Part shown: positions 48,007 through 58,214 of the stretch, piece by piece
Layout of the letters: each line of letters begins with the position of its first letter
Numbering within the stretch: position 1 is the first letter of the stretch
Assembly (NCBI GenBank): GCA_041178085.1
Contig: JBEGVZ010000018.1
Location: 1-64,000, forward strand
Origin: Pseudomonadota bacterium
GTDB lineage: Bacteria; Bdellovibrionota_B; Oligoflexia; Oligoflexales; RGVZ01
Length of the DNA stretch: 64,000 nt
Reading direction: 5' to 3'
Program-made: the position numbers and the translations under genes
The notes under the pieces: model-generated
Told to the model about the DNA's origin: nothing
What the model saw: the letters and a program-made list of their open reading frames with translations, nothing else
The model's database searches: none

Positions 48007-48965
48007 AGTACCGCCCCGGATTCGTCGACGAAAGTCACGACCATGCGCGACGGCGTAAATTCCAGTGCCAGGAAACCATAAACCTGTTTCAGGAACATTG
48101 AGTCAGGACGGTCGTCCTTGACGCGGCCGATGTCACCGCCACCCGTTCCTGCGACAACGAAGTCTGTTGCACATTCCGGGACGCGCAGGTGTTCCATCTG
48201 ATGGGAATGGCCGGACAGATAGAGGTCGGCAATCTGGCAGACCCTTGGCCGCAGGGTGTACTTGAAAAAAGTGCCGTCGTAACTGCGACCGTGCGACGAA
48301 GAACTGATCATCGGGTGATGCCCGATAATAATCCGCCAGGCGCCGGCCGGCGGAGAAGCCAGTCTTGAATTCATGAAATCAACGACACAATTTTTCGGCG
48401 ATCCGCACCAGTCAACCCGGTTGGTGTCGATGGCTACCAGCCGGGCGAGGGGCCCGAAATCAACAGAATAAAATCGTGCTGGCATGCGCCAACGGGGCTG
48501 CACCGCCGAGTAATCGATCTGTGCCTGAGGCGAAAGGCGGTAATCGTGATTCCCGAGCACTGGATAGACCGGAAGCCTTGACAGGCAGGGGGAACCGTAA
48601 GGCACCTCGAACTTTGATTGCCACTGCGGGTCCATCACGGACTCGACACCGGAACTGTAAAAATTGTCGCCAAGCAGCAGGATTCCATCAGGCAGGTTTG
48701 CCCCCTGGGCCTTGCACCATTTTTCCATCGCTGCGGCGACTTGCAGCTGAGCCTGTTCACCTGTTCCAGTGTCACCCAAGGCAAGCAAACGCAACGGACG
48801 GCCTTCCGGACTGACCGGGAAAGACATTTCGCGGCCACCGGATACTGCCCTTGGCACCGAAAGCCACAGCCAGAGGACGCCGCCGCCCAGCCCACACAGG
48901 GCAATCCCTGCAAGAAGCACCAAAGCGGATTTGGCAATTCTGAAAAAAACGAGCTGTCGCATCAT
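47979..48965 (-). CDS. Purple/tartrate-resistant acid phosphatase-like metallophosphoesterase
   Basis: GDTG, LGDNFY, LGNHD, GHHP, SGHSH; N-terminal TM helix. Confidence 0.9.
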   Translation of the reverse strand: MMRQLVFFRIAKSALVLLAGIALCGLGGGVLWLWLSVPRAVSGGREMSFPVSPEGRPLRLLALGDTGTGEQAQLQVAAAMEKWCKAQGANLPDGILLLGDNFYSSGVESVMDPQWQSKFEVPYGSPCLSRLPVYPVLGNHDYRLSPQAQIDYSAVQPRWRMPARFYSVDFGPLARLVAIDTNRVDWCGSPKNCVVDFMNSRLASPPAGAWRIIIGHHPMISSSSHGRSYDGTFFKYTLRPRVCQIADLYLSGHSHQMEHLRVPECATDFVVAGTGGGDIGRVKDDRPDSMFLKQVYGFLALEFTPSRMVVTFVDESGAVLHKLERDRG

Positions 48966-49025
48966 CCATCACACCCCGCAGCAATCGCCGGTTTGCTATA
49001 ATGATAGCATCACCAGGAATTGAAC

Positions 49026-49814
49026 ATGCCTGCCCAGCAAACAATCAACATCATCGGTCGCCTGACCTTGCGTCAAGTAGAGGGCTTTGGCAGCTTTGTC
49101 CTGTTCATCTCGCGCAGCATGCGCCAGTTTGCTTCGAAGGATCTACGCCGGACTCTCGTCTTCCGCCAGCTTGAATTCATTGGCAACCGCTCAGTCGGCA
49201 TTATCCTCCTGGCAGGGACGATGGTGGGTGCCGTTTTCGGCCTACAGTTCGGAGAAATTTTCCGGATCTTTGGTGCGGAAAGCATGATTGGTGCGGCGGC
49301 AGGATTCGCCTTGTCGAAGGAGCTTGCCCCGGTAGTGGGGTCGTTCCTCGTCACGGCAAGGGCCGGGTCCGCCATGGCAGCAGAGATCGGAACGATGCGT
49401 GTCAATGAGCAGATCGACGCCATGCGTGTGATGGCAGTCGATCCACTGAACTACCTCGTTGCCCCGCGAATGCTGGGATCGATGCTGATGATGCCATTAC
49501 TGACTATTTTGTTCATCCTGGCCGGTGTCACGAGCGCATTCCTGATTGGAGTCGGCATGTACAACGTCGACGTCGGCATTTTCTTCGAGAAGATTCGTTT
49601 TATTGTCGCGCCGCGACACATCGTGCAGGGCATGGAAAAAGCTGTTGTCTTCGGCATGATCTTCTCGGCCACAGGGTGTTTCAAGGGATTCCATGCAGGT
49701 GGCGGGGCTAAAGGCGTTGGACGGGCAACCACCGACGCAGTGGTCATCTCGCTGGTGACCATCCTCGTCACCGACTTTTTCATAAGCTACATGCAATTCG
49801 AAAAAACCATGTAA
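49026..49814 (+). CDS. mlaE: MlaE family ABC transporter permease
   Basis: ELAPV, RAGSAMAAEIGTMRVNEQIDAMRVMAVDP, GAKGVGRATT. Confidence 0.92.
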   Translation: MPAQQTINIIGRLTLRQVEGFGSFVLFISRSMRQFASKDLRRTLVFRQLEFIGNRSVGIILLAGTMVGAVFGLQFGEIFRIFGAESMIGAAAGFALSKELAPVVGSFLVTARAGSAMAAEIGTMRVNEQIDAMRVMAVDPLNYLVAPRMLGSMLMMPLLTILFILAGVTSAFLIGVGMYNVDVGIFFEKIRFIVAPRHIVQGMEKAVVFGMIFSATGCFKGFHAGGGAKGVGRATTDAVVISLVTILVTDFFISYMQFEKTM

Positions 49815-49830
49815 AAAAGGAGCGTCCAGG

Positions 49831-52149
49831 ATGGCCGCCAGGGAAACGCCGAAGCCGCGCAAGCTGACCGACGATGAAATTGACCGCCTTGCCCTCGAAT
49901 ACCATCAGCGCGAACCGGCGGGAAAAATCTACACGGGTCTTGCCAAGCCAGCCGGAACCCAGGAGGACCTGACACTTGCCTACTCGCCGGGGGTCGCGGC
50001 TCCATGCCTTGAAATCGCCAAGACCGAAGATGATTCCTTCCGGTATACCGGCAGGGGTAACCTTGTGGGAGTCATTTCAAACGGTACCGCCGTCCTTGGT
50101 CTGGGCGATATCGGGGCGCATGCATCCAAGCCTGTGATGGAAGGCAAAGCAATGCTGTTCAAGCGCTTTGCCGACATCAACGTATTTGACATCGAGGTGA
50201 ACGCAAAGGATCCCAAGCAATTCATCGCCGCAGTAAAATCCCTCGAACCAACATTCGGCGGCATAAACCTGGAAGACATCAAAGCCCCGGAATGCTTTGA
50301 AATCGAAGAGGCACTGTGTGAGCAGATGAGCATTCCTGTGATGCATGATGATCAGCACGGTACAGCAATCATCGCTTCCGCAGCATTCCTTAACGCATTG
50401 ACGGTCACCCAGCGTGACATAAAAAACACAAAGATTGTCTTCTCAGGCAGCGGCGCTGCAGCCATCGCAACAGCCAACCTTTTTCTCGCGCTTGGCGTCG
50501 ACCAGAGAAACCTGGTCATGTGCGACAGCAAAGGCGTCGTCTCGACATCCAGAACAGACTTGAACAAGTACAAAGCGAAGTTCGCACGTGAAACCACCAT
50601 GAAAACCCTTGAAGACGCCCTAAACGGCGCTGATGTATTTGTCGGTGTTTCCGCTGCAAATGTGCTGTCCCCGGCCATGATCATGAATATGGCGAAAAAC
50701 CCGGTGATCTTCGCCCTGGCAAATCCGGACCCTGAGATACTGCCGGATGTTGCGCTCAAGGCCAGGCCGGACGCGATCGTCGCGACAGGCCGTAGTGATT
50801 ATCCAAACCAAGTCAATAACGTCCTGGGCTTCCCGTATATTTTCAGGGGCGCGCTTGACGTACGCGCACGAACGATCAATACCGAGATGAAACTCGCCGC
50901 TGTCCGCGCAATTGCCGACCTTGCCAAGGAAGATGTTCCCGATGTGGTTAACCGGGCTTACAAGACCGAGCAAACATGGCAATTTGGTCGCGACTACCTG
51001 ATCCCGAAACCAGTCGATCCGCGCGTTCTGCTGCGCGTTGCCCCTGCAGTCGCCAAGGCAGCAATCGATAGCGGCGTTGCCCGCGTAAAGCTGGACATGA
51101 AGCAATACCGGGAGCGACTGGAATTGATGGGTGGACCATCCAAACGTCTCATGCGCGCGATCCGGAACGATCTGGCAAACCACCGCCAGAAGACCGGCAG
51201 GAAAATCCGACTGGTCATGCCCCACGGCCAGGACAAGCGCATCATCCGAGCGGCAACGCAGCTTTTTGACGATGGCGAGATAGAAATCACACTACTCGGT
51301 TCACGCAAACACATTGTCCGCACCGCAGGCGAGCTGGGCATCAAAGACTTTGAATCCAAGGTCAACATCATTGACCCGCTGAAGGACGAAGACCACGCTC
51401 AGCGGTTCGGTGAGAAGTTATTCGAGATGCGCCAGAGAAAGGGTGTTTCCCATGCCGCCGCCCACCAGCTGGTCCGGAGCCATGACTATTTTGCAGGCAT
51501 GATGCTGGCGTGCGACGAAGTTGACGGACTTCTTTCTGGACTCGTGGAGAGCTACCAGCGGGCCGCCCGGCCAATTCTGGAAACGATCGGCGCCAAGGAA
51601 ACGAAATCGCTAATTGGAATCTACCTGATCATGACCCGTTCCAGGATGCTGTTCCTGTCAGACTGCACGATCAACATCGACCCTGACGCCAATGCACTGG
51701 CAGAGATTGCGGGAACGACCGCAACATTCGCCGGCAATTACATGACGGAACCGGTGAGGATGGCGATGCTCAGCTTTGCAAGCTTCGGCGCAACTCGGCA
51801 CGACCATGCCAGCAAAGTTGCGGAGGCAACCAGGATCATCCAGTCGATGCATCCTGGCCTTTGTGTCGATGGCGAAATGCAGGCTGACGTTGCGCTCAAC
51901 GCCTCGTTGCGCGAACGCGAGTTCCCGTTTTGTAAACTGGATGCAGACGCCAATGTCCTGATTTTTCCTAACCTTGACTCAGCAAATATCGCCTACAAAC
52001 TGCTGATCAACCTGGCGGACGTCACGCCCGTCGGGCCGATTTTGGCCGGATTGAAGCGCCCAGCCAATATCATGCAGCAAAGCGCAACGGTTGAGGAAAT
52101 TGTGAATCTCGCCTACATGACGGCCCACCAAGCCGTCACGATGCCGTGA
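49831..52149 (+). CDS. maeB: NADP-dependent malic enzyme with phosphotransacetylase-like domain
   Basis: LAYSPGVA, SKPVMEGK, INLEDIKAPECF, HDDQHGT, TGRSDYPNQVNN; C-terminal DGEMQAD, FPNLDSANIAYK. Confidence 0.95.
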   Translation: MAARETPKPRKLTDDEIDRLALEYHQREPAGKIYTGLAKPAGTQEDLTLAYSPGVAAPCLEIAKTEDDSFRYTGRGNLVGVISNGTAVLGLGDIGAHASKPVMEGKAMLFKRFADINVFDIEVNAKDPKQFIAAVKSLEPTFGGINLEDIKAPECFEIEEALCEQMSIPVMHDDQHGTAIIASAAFLNALTVTQRDIKNTKIVFSGSGAAAIATANLFLALGVDQRNLVMCDSKGVVSTSRTDLNKYKAKFARETTMKTLEDALNGADVFVGVSAANVLSPAMIMNMAKNPVIFALANPDPEILPDVALKARPDAIVATGRSDYPNQVNNVLGFPYIFRGALDVRARTINTEMKLAAVRAIADLAKEDVPDVVNRAYKTEQTWQFGRDYLIPKPVDPRVLLRVAPAVAKAAIDSGVARVKLDMKQYRERLELMGGPSKRLMRAIRNDLANHRQKTGRKIRLVMPHGQDKRIIRAATQLFDDGEIEITLLGSRKHIVRTAGELGIKDFESKVNIIDPLKDEDHAQRFGEKLFEMRQRKGVSHAAAHQLVRSHDYFAGMMLACDEVDGLLSGLVESYQRAARPILETIGAKETKSLIGIYLIMTRSRMLFLSDCTINIDPDANALAEIAGTTATFAGNYMTEPVRMAMLSFASFGATRHDHASKVAEATRIIQSMHPGLCVDGEMQADVALNASLREREFPFCKLDADANVLIFPNLDSANIAYKLLINLADVTPVGPILAGLKRPANIMQQSATVEEIVNLAYMTAHQAVTMP

Positions 52150-54659
52150 CACAAGAACTGACACCTAAAACCCACAGCGGAGAAACCTCGCCAGGTATCC
52201 TCCGCAGCGTGGCGTTCACTGCTCTCGCTGCTGGCATCATCCTCCGCTGCTGGTACATTGTCTGGGGCCATCCCCTCGGAAATTACATCTATTCCGACAT
52301 GGCCATGCATGCCGACAAGATCAAAAGGCTGTCAAAGTCCTGGGCAAGCATGCAGGAACTGGATTTCCTGAACCCTGTCGGATATCCGTTGTGGTCATCC
52401 CTGTTTTATGACGATGCTATCGGCTGGAGTGGAATCACTGCGATCCAGTTGGTGATGAGCTGCGTTTTCCCCCTCATGGCCGCGGACATTGCAAAGCGTT
52501 GCTACGGTGAAAAATCAGGCTATATCGCGCTGATCCTGGCCAGCCTGCACTTTCACCTGATTGACTACTTTGCCTACATTCTGAGCGAAGGGCCTTTCAT
52601 GTTCTTCATGACTGCCGGCGCTTGGCTTTTCGTGCGCGCGGCAGATCAAGCAAGCAATGAAAAAGCATGGCAGGTGTACTGCCATTATCTGGTATCAGGA
52701 CTGCTGCTCGGCGTTGCCGGATGCATGAAAGTCCAGATCATCATACCGCTTACATTGGTCATGGCTGCTTGGCTTCTAATCCGGAAGTTCCGGCCCGAGT
52801 TCCTGTTTCCTGCATGGCGGGGCCTGCGACCCTTGTTGCTCATCCCGGGTTTCCTCGTTCCCGTACTTCCGGTTTCGGTCTGGGGAAGTCTAATGTCAAC
52901 CCAAGGACCGTTTCTGGTTTCTTCATATGGTCCGATGAATTTCCTGATGGGACATTACCGCGAATCCAAGTTTGTGTCCTTCAGTACGCCGAAGGTGCAA
53001 GGGGGGTTTGGCAGCCCTGCAAATTACTGCCGGACCATGGGCCCTGCGGTCACCCTTGCGATTGAACCGAACGACGGAAAGCATCTGCTCTCGACATCGC
53101 TCGATTGGATTCGGCGAGAACCCGTTCAAGCAGTCGCCTCAACGCTGGGAAACTTGAGAGACATAGCCTGGTGCCCAGGAGCATGGCCATCCATTGCAAC
53201 CAGGTTCAAACCGATAACTTCCTTTGCTGAAATTCTTTTTTTTCTATTCATCTATCTACCAGCGTTAGCGCTTGCGGGTAGCCAAGTCGTGCGATGGCTT
53301 CGAGACAAGCGCAGGATACCCTATACGTGGCCATGGCTTGCAACGCTTGCTGGCATTGGATTGACGGTGATGATTGGGGTCGGTGAGATCCGCTACAGGG
53401 TGCCATTTGACACGGCTTTCATCATTCTTGCCGCTGTTTTCTACTCATCACGAAAGACCTTGAAGTCGACTGTTCCACGGCCAGTTGATGATGAAGATGT
53501 CACATGGAAGTGGCTGTTTGCCTGCGCAGGAGTCCTTGTTTTTGGCCTTACCTGGCGCTCCATGATATTGCCCGGTGCACGCCGAGTTTTCATCGACAAT
53601 ACATTGCCAACTCCAGTCGAAGCCTGGCTGCGTAGCATCGGGTTTCCTGCGTTGCCGATTGGACAATCAAGCATTCCGTTCGAAACCCTGGCCATGTCGA
53701 CTGCCGTGCCTGTACTTATACTTTATGCAGCCTTTAACCTTGGGGGCCGTGTATTGGCAATTGCTGCCTTGAGCTTCGCCGCTTTCCATTTTCACCTTAT
53801 CGAGGTTTTCCGTTTCGACGGGATTGCCGGAATTGTGCTTGTTGCCAACCTGGTGGCATTCTGTCTGCTAAGTACCCCTTCACCTGATGTGTTGAGTGCC
53901 GGGCTCGTTTCCGGGACGGTATTCCTGATCAATCCTGTCGCGGGCATCGCCACAATCCTGGCAGCCTGCCTTGCAAGAATTGGCGGATTGAAGCGTTATC
54001 TGTTTGGTTTTGCCGTTCCCTGGCTAATCGTGTCCGCCATGGTATCGATTCATGAAAAACGAATTAGCATGGCCCCAGGATACCTTGCTCCCCGATTCTT
54101 GATGACGTTGAACTGGGACAAGACAAACTTCAGCTGGAAAGATGTGGACGGGAAAATTAGCTGGTTCAGGAACCACTACTCCGTGGTCAAAAGCGAAAGC
54201 AATTCAAGACAATTTGATCATCCACTGGGGGACACGGCTGCCAACATTTCAGCGATCGCTGGGGAAATCAAGGAGCATCCCGCTAACCTCCTCACCACAC
54301 CCGTAATGAATGCACGGAACATGTTCTGGGGTCAGTATCTTTGGCCGACCAGTACCACCTTGCGACGTCACTGGTTACGCATCTGGGAATTCCTTTTTCA
54401 CGTTATCTTTGTCGTCCCAACCGTCCTCAGTGTGGTTGGGATTCTTGCCGGAGCGCGGAACTGGAAGGAACGCCTGGCCCTGCCGAAAGGCGACTTGCCC
54501 CTAGCATTCGTGAGCGGGGCGATCATAACGGGGGCACTGTTCGGTGGCGGAATCACCCATCGGGTCATGTTCGAATTTGCATTTATTATTGCTGGCCTGC
54601 GAGTCTGGATCCAGGCTTTTCGACCCCGTTCCGTTGATCGGGAAACCATTCAGGAATGA
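52146..54659 (+). CDS. Polytopic GT-C (ArnT/PMT-like) glycosyltransferase with internal duplication
   Basis: YSDMAMH loop, PVGYP, ILSE, GCMK, EIRYRVPFD; second half repeats FHFHLIEVF, WPT and ITHRVMFE. Confidence 0.65.
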   Translation: MTQELTPKTHSGETSPGILRSVAFTALAAGIILRCWYIVWGHPLGNYIYSDMAMHADKIKRLSKSWASMQELDFLNPVGYPLWSSLFYDDAIGWSGITAIQLVMSCVFPLMAADIAKRCYGEKSGYIALILASLHFHLIDYFAYILSEGPFMFFMTAGAWLFVRAADQASNEKAWQVYCHYLVSGLLLGVAGCMKVQIIIPLTLVMAAWLLIRKFRPEFLFPAWRGLRPLLLIPGFLVPVLPVSVWGSLMSTQGPFLVSSYGPMNFLMGHYRESKFVSFSTPKVQGGFGSPANYCRTMGPAVTLAIEPNDGKHLLSTSLDWIRREPVQAVASTLGNLRDIAWCPGAWPSIATRFKPITSFAEILFFLFIYLPALALAGSQVVRWLRDKRRIPYTWPWLATLAGIGLTVMIGVGEIRYRVPFDTAFIILAAVFYSSRKTLKSTVPRPVDDEDVTWKWLFACAGVLVFGLTWRSMILPGARRVFIDNTLPTPVEAWLRSIGFPALPIGQSSIPFETLAMSTAVPVLILYAAFNLGGRVLAIAALSFAAFHFHLIEVFRFDGIAGIVLVANLVAFCLLSTPSPDVLSAGLVSGTVFLINPVAGIATILAACLARIGGLKRYLFGFAVPWLIVSAMVSIHEKRISMAPGYLAPRFLMTLNWDKTNFSWKDVDGKISWFRNHYSVVKSESNSRQFDHPLGDTAANISAIAGEIKEHPANLLTTPVMNARNMFWGQYLWPTSTTLRRHWLRIWEFLFHVIFVVPTVLSVVGILAGARNWKERLALPKGDLPLAFVSGAIITGALFGGGITHRVMFEFAFIIAGLRVWIQAFRPRSVDRETIQE

Positions 54660-54665
54660 GCCGCA

Positions 54666-56168
54666 TCAGTGCGTTGCGTTGGACATATTGATTCTTCGCC
54701 CCTCTAAAAAATCGTCGCTAACAAGGTCCAGCGACGAACGGGATGCCGCACCAAGACATACCAGGTTTTTGAAGTTCAACATCCGAAACGGAATCTCCGC
54801 TAGCGTGAACCGCGAAGGTTCGCCGTTGAATGGAGAAACATGGGTAAACGATGAATTGGTTTCGTTCGAGTGGCAACCACTGCAAGTCTGGAGCTCGAAA
54901 AATTTGATTGTGCGATCTGCCTGATTCGTGGCATTTGGGAACCAATTCGTCAAATCAGCAAGGCTTTCGGCACCTAGAAGTGGAAGCTTCTGCCCACCAG
55001 GACCAACCACGGCTTCGGGTAATTTGCCATTGCTGGTCTGATAGGCACAGGAACGAAGGTCCGCTGACGGGCAACGAGTATTTGTTTTGATCCAACGTGC
55101 AAGAACTGGGTTTCGCTTCCAAACCATGGGATCCGGATTGTTTTTGACTGTAACCTGCTGCAGGATCGCCCTCCCACTCGAATCCCAGCTACGCACAATT
55201 TCCCTAAGTGCCCAAATCTCTCCGTTCATGAACTCGTTGGTCCTGATCTGAGAAATTGCGGCAGCGCGCAGACCAACCATGCCATTTCCTACCCGTACTT
55301 TTGCACTTCTGCCAGCCCACATCTCCGTGATGCTCTCGAGGGCCGCGAGGTAACCTTCCTTGTCCAGGAATTGGGGCTGACCATTCACCCGTTGGTCAGG
55401 CTGCGTCCCCGGCCGCTTGGCGTCTGTATCCACGAGAAACGCCTTCAAACCCTGCCACTTGTTCGCCCAGTCAACCGGCCCTTTCATAGCACGATCCGGA
55501 CTGGCGTCACCAATCGCCAAGTCGTACTCCAAAATAACCGTCATCTGCCCTGGACCCGTAAAGCCATAGACAAAACGCCCTTCTCCCGCAGAAAACTTAT
55601 TGTCTTTTTTTGCAATGTCCAGTCGGTTGACGATGGCCACAAGCTTGAAAGGTGCATCACGGAAAGTTCTCCATCCTGCACCGGTCGAATCAAATGTCTT
55701 CCCCCAAGCCGAGATCAAAGCCTCCGCAGTCCGTGCCCTCAACTTGGCTTTCGAAGTATTGATTTCCCGGCCTGCTGTGGACATTGACACGAAACTGTCG
55801 ACAGCCTGCTGCTCGGCTGCCAGCATGTCGGGATCATTGCCGGGATCCGGTAGCTCCAAGATCTCCCGCATGGCATAAGCAAAGCTCCACCTTCCGACGC
55901 TTGAGTTAAGAGCACGTTCGTTGTTCAGCACGTCAGGCAGATTGATATAGAGTTGAGCGCGTGGAGAAACCGTCACCCTACCGAGCAGGTTCTCTGCGGG
56001 ATCGGAGCACTGGTCCAAGGTTAGGTTCAATCCCGACAGCTCGCTATCTGCGTCCGCGCGAAGCTGAACAGCTTGAGTGGTCCTCAGGTCGTCCTGCGTG
56101 TCCGGGGCACAACCAAACAGCAGCAATGATGCAAACAGGCTCCGGATAGGCTTGTAATGCTCCATCAC
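54666..56168 (-). CDS. Lipoprotein with single haem-c motif, uncharacterised family
   Basis: LFGC lipobox; APFKLVAIVNRLD, GEGRFVY, QIRTNE; TCSGCH (CxxCH) followed by FTHV. Confidence 0.7.
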   Translation of the reverse strand: MMEHYKPIRSLFASLLLFGCAPDTQDDLRTTQAVQLRADADSELSGLNLTLDQCSDPAENLLGRVTVSPRAQLYINLPDVLNNERALNSSVGRWSFAYAMREILELPDPGNDPDMLAAEQQAVDSFVSMSTAGREINTSKAKLRARTAEALISAWGKTFDSTGAGWRTFRDAPFKLVAIVNRLDIAKKDNKFSAGEGRFVYGFTGPGQMTVILEYDLAIGDASPDRAMKGPVDWANKWQGLKAFLVDTDAKRPGTQPDQRVNGQPQFLDKEGYLAALESITEMWAGRSAKVRVGNGMVGLRAAAISQIRTNEFMNGEIWALREIVRSWDSSGRAILQQVTVKNNPDPMVWKRNPVLARWIKTNTRCPSADLRSCAYQTSNGKLPEAVVGPGGQKLPLLGAESLADLTNWFPNATNQADRTIKFFELQTCSGCHSNETNSSFTHVSPFNGEPSRFTLAEIPFRMLNFKNLVCLGAASRSSLDLVSDDFLEGRRINMSNATH

Positions 56169-56189
56169 CGCCCCCCTAATTTGCTTTCA

Positions 56190-56216
56190 GGCTCGGCCAG
56201 TTCGCAGGAATCTTTA
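56190..56216 (-). promoter_or_regulatory. Sigma-28-type promoter
   Basis: Minus strand TAAA-gattcctgcgaactg(15)-GCCGAGCC upstream of the haem lipoprotein. Confidence 0.55.
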
Positions 56217-56249
56217 ACCCAAGCGAAAAAGCCCCAATAAAATCGCCAC

Positions 56250-56276
56250 TCAAGATCCGACGTGGAATGACGAACG
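56250..56276 (+). promoter_or_regulatory. Candidate sigma-28-type promoter
   Basis: TCAA-gatccgacgtggaat(15)-GACGAACG upstream of the AGGAGG SD of the RCC1 gene. Confidence 0.4.
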
Positions 56277-56295
56277 AAAACCAATAGGAGGTTTC

Positions 56296-58140
56296 GTGCA
56301 CTCCACCGCGAATGTCCCTTTAGGAACGATCTTGGTGCTGGCAAATCTGGCTGGCTGCCGGGAGGGCTTTATCAAGGCTGACACGGGACAATCTGCGCAA
56401 AGCGAGATTTTATACCGCGACACAGATGCGAATTACTCTGCGGGGACCGAAATCCAGTCCAACGCCCCCCTGACTGAGGTCCAACTGAGCACTACAGAGC
56501 GATTTGTAATCGAGCCGGCCTTGCCCGATGGGCTCTCCATCGACCCGACAACCGGCGCGATCACAGGCGTGCCGCGGACCGACATGGCAACGACCGAATT
56601 TTCAATCAAAATTGATGGCAGCAAAAGAGCGCGCACAGCTTCCATTCGAATGAAAATCAGCCCCCTGTTTAGACTGGATTGGTCCAATCCCGGGCCAACC
56701 GTCTCTGGAACATGCAACGTCACAATTCCGGCCATCGTGGCACCGGTAAATCCAGGCCGGACCTTTCACAGCGCTGAGGCAGCGGCGCCGTTTCTCAGTG
56801 GCGTCACAGCAACAAACACAGGCTTCACGGGACTTTTGTTACCTGGCGTAACCGGCACTTTCGATACTCTTTGGCGGGTGTTTGACAGCGACGGGAACTA
56901 TGCGTCACTAAAAAGAGAGCTGAAAGTTGAAGCTGCCCCAGGAGCTTCGCTGGGCGCCATTGCACGCACAAATGCGCCATCATTCCAGGTTACGCGCGGA
57001 CTGCAGCGTCCGGGTGTCGGCTGCGTGCAGTGTGATACCGGACTGCTGGGAAGCATTGCTGGAAACTTGGATCATACCTGCGCATTGATGGCCGACACCA
57101 CCGTAAGATGCTGGGGTTCAAATGCATTCGGTCAGCTTGGCGACGGCACATCAGGCGGAACCAGCGCGACCCCGGTCACCGTGCGAACAGCAAGCGGTCC
57201 GCTGACGGGGGTTAAATCTGTGGGGGCAGGCTCATATTTTTCCTGCGCACTGATGCTTGACGGAACAGTAAACTGCTGGGGTCGGAATGCGAGCTATCAG
57301 CTTGGCAACGCGTCCAGCACGTCATCCAATGTGGCTACGCCTGTTTCAGCGAGTTCCGGAACAGGTCAGCTGTCCAATGTGGCTCAGCTTTCTGTGGGGA
57401 ATTACGCTTCCTGCGTGGTCCTCAGTGACGCGACGGTCATGTGCTGGGGTACGCCAGGGTCCTACAGTCTGGCTGAAGGCTACGGCAACAAACCGATGTT
57501 GATACCGGGACTGACCGGTGTACACAGTGTGTCGTCCGGATATGGACATGTTTGTGCCCTGCTGCAGACGGGACAGATAAATTGCTGGGGATTTAACAGC
57601 ATAGGGCAACTAGGCGATGGCACCGAGCAGCCCCAGTCCGGCCAGCCTCCCGTAAATAATCCCATCATCAAAACCGTCTCAGGGATCAACAACGCATTGC
57701 AGGTGTCTGCAGGCAACGATGGCACCTGTGCCCTTCTGGCTGATCGCACGGTTTCGTGCTGGGGTTCATACTTCCTGCTTAACGATGGCTCAACCAGCGG
57801 ATACCGAAAAACACCCGTCGCAGTGCCGGGTGTCAGCAATGTTGTGTCTATCGAATCAGGCCCATTCCGGGTATGCGCAGTCATGGCAAACAAAACGGCC
57901 CAATGTTGGCCAGAAATGTTGGCAGATCCCGTACCAGCATTTTCCAACATCGTGGCTATAACTCCCCATCAACGCCTGCACTGCGCGTTGTTTGAGGATG
58001 GGACAATTAAATGCTGGGATTTCTTCGGTGCCATCGACGGCGTAAACGATGGGTGGTACCCGCCATACACCGTACCCATGACGGGAGCGGTGCGCCGTTG
58101 CACCACAGCCGCAGTGACGTTTCCAGAAAATATTCCGTGA
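56296..58140 (+). CDS. RCC1/BLIP-II repeat beta-propeller lipoprotein with putative Ig (He_PIG) domain
   Basis: LAGC lipobox; PALPDGLSIDPTTGAITGVP; repeats HTCAL..DTTVRCWGSNAFGQLGDG. Confidence 0.88.
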   Translation: MHSTANVPLGTILVLANLAGCREGFIKADTGQSAQSEILYRDTDANYSAGTEIQSNAPLTEVQLSTTERFVIEPALPDGLSIDPTTGAITGVPRTDMATTEFSIKIDGSKRARTASIRMKISPLFRLDWSNPGPTVSGTCNVTIPAIVAPVNPGRTFHSAEAAAPFLSGVTATNTGFTGLLLPGVTGTFDTLWRVFDSDGNYASLKRELKVEAAPGASLGAIARTNAPSFQVTRGLQRPGVGCVQCDTGLLGSIAGNLDHTCALMADTTVRCWGSNAFGQLGDGTSGGTSATPVTVRTASGPLTGVKSVGAGSYFSCALMLDGTVNCWGRNASYQLGNASSTSSNVATPVSASSGTGQLSNVAQLSVGNYASCVVLSDATVMCWGTPGSYSLAEGYGNKPMLIPGLTGVHSVSSGYGHVCALLQTGQINCWGFNSIGQLGDGTEQPQSGQPPVNNPIIKTVSGINNALQVSAGNDGTCALLADRTVSCWGSYFLLNDGSTSGYRKTPVAVPGVSNVVSIESGPFRVCAVMANKTAQCWPEMLADPVPAFSNIVAITPHQRLHCALFEDGTIKCWDFFGAIDGVNDGWYPPYTVPMTGAVRRCTTAAVTFPENIP

Positions 58141-58214
58141 GACCTGCCCTGAATTACTTCAGTAAAGTAACAGATTGGTAAAAGTCGGAATCAGATCCGG
58201 GGTGGAACACCAAT

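Noticed and set aside
16124..51225. Long antisense or overlapping ORFs (for example 17366..18574, 27670..28731, 45603..46847, 50620..51225)
   Set aside because: Shadow frames of GC-rich genes that have clear family motifs on the opposite strand.
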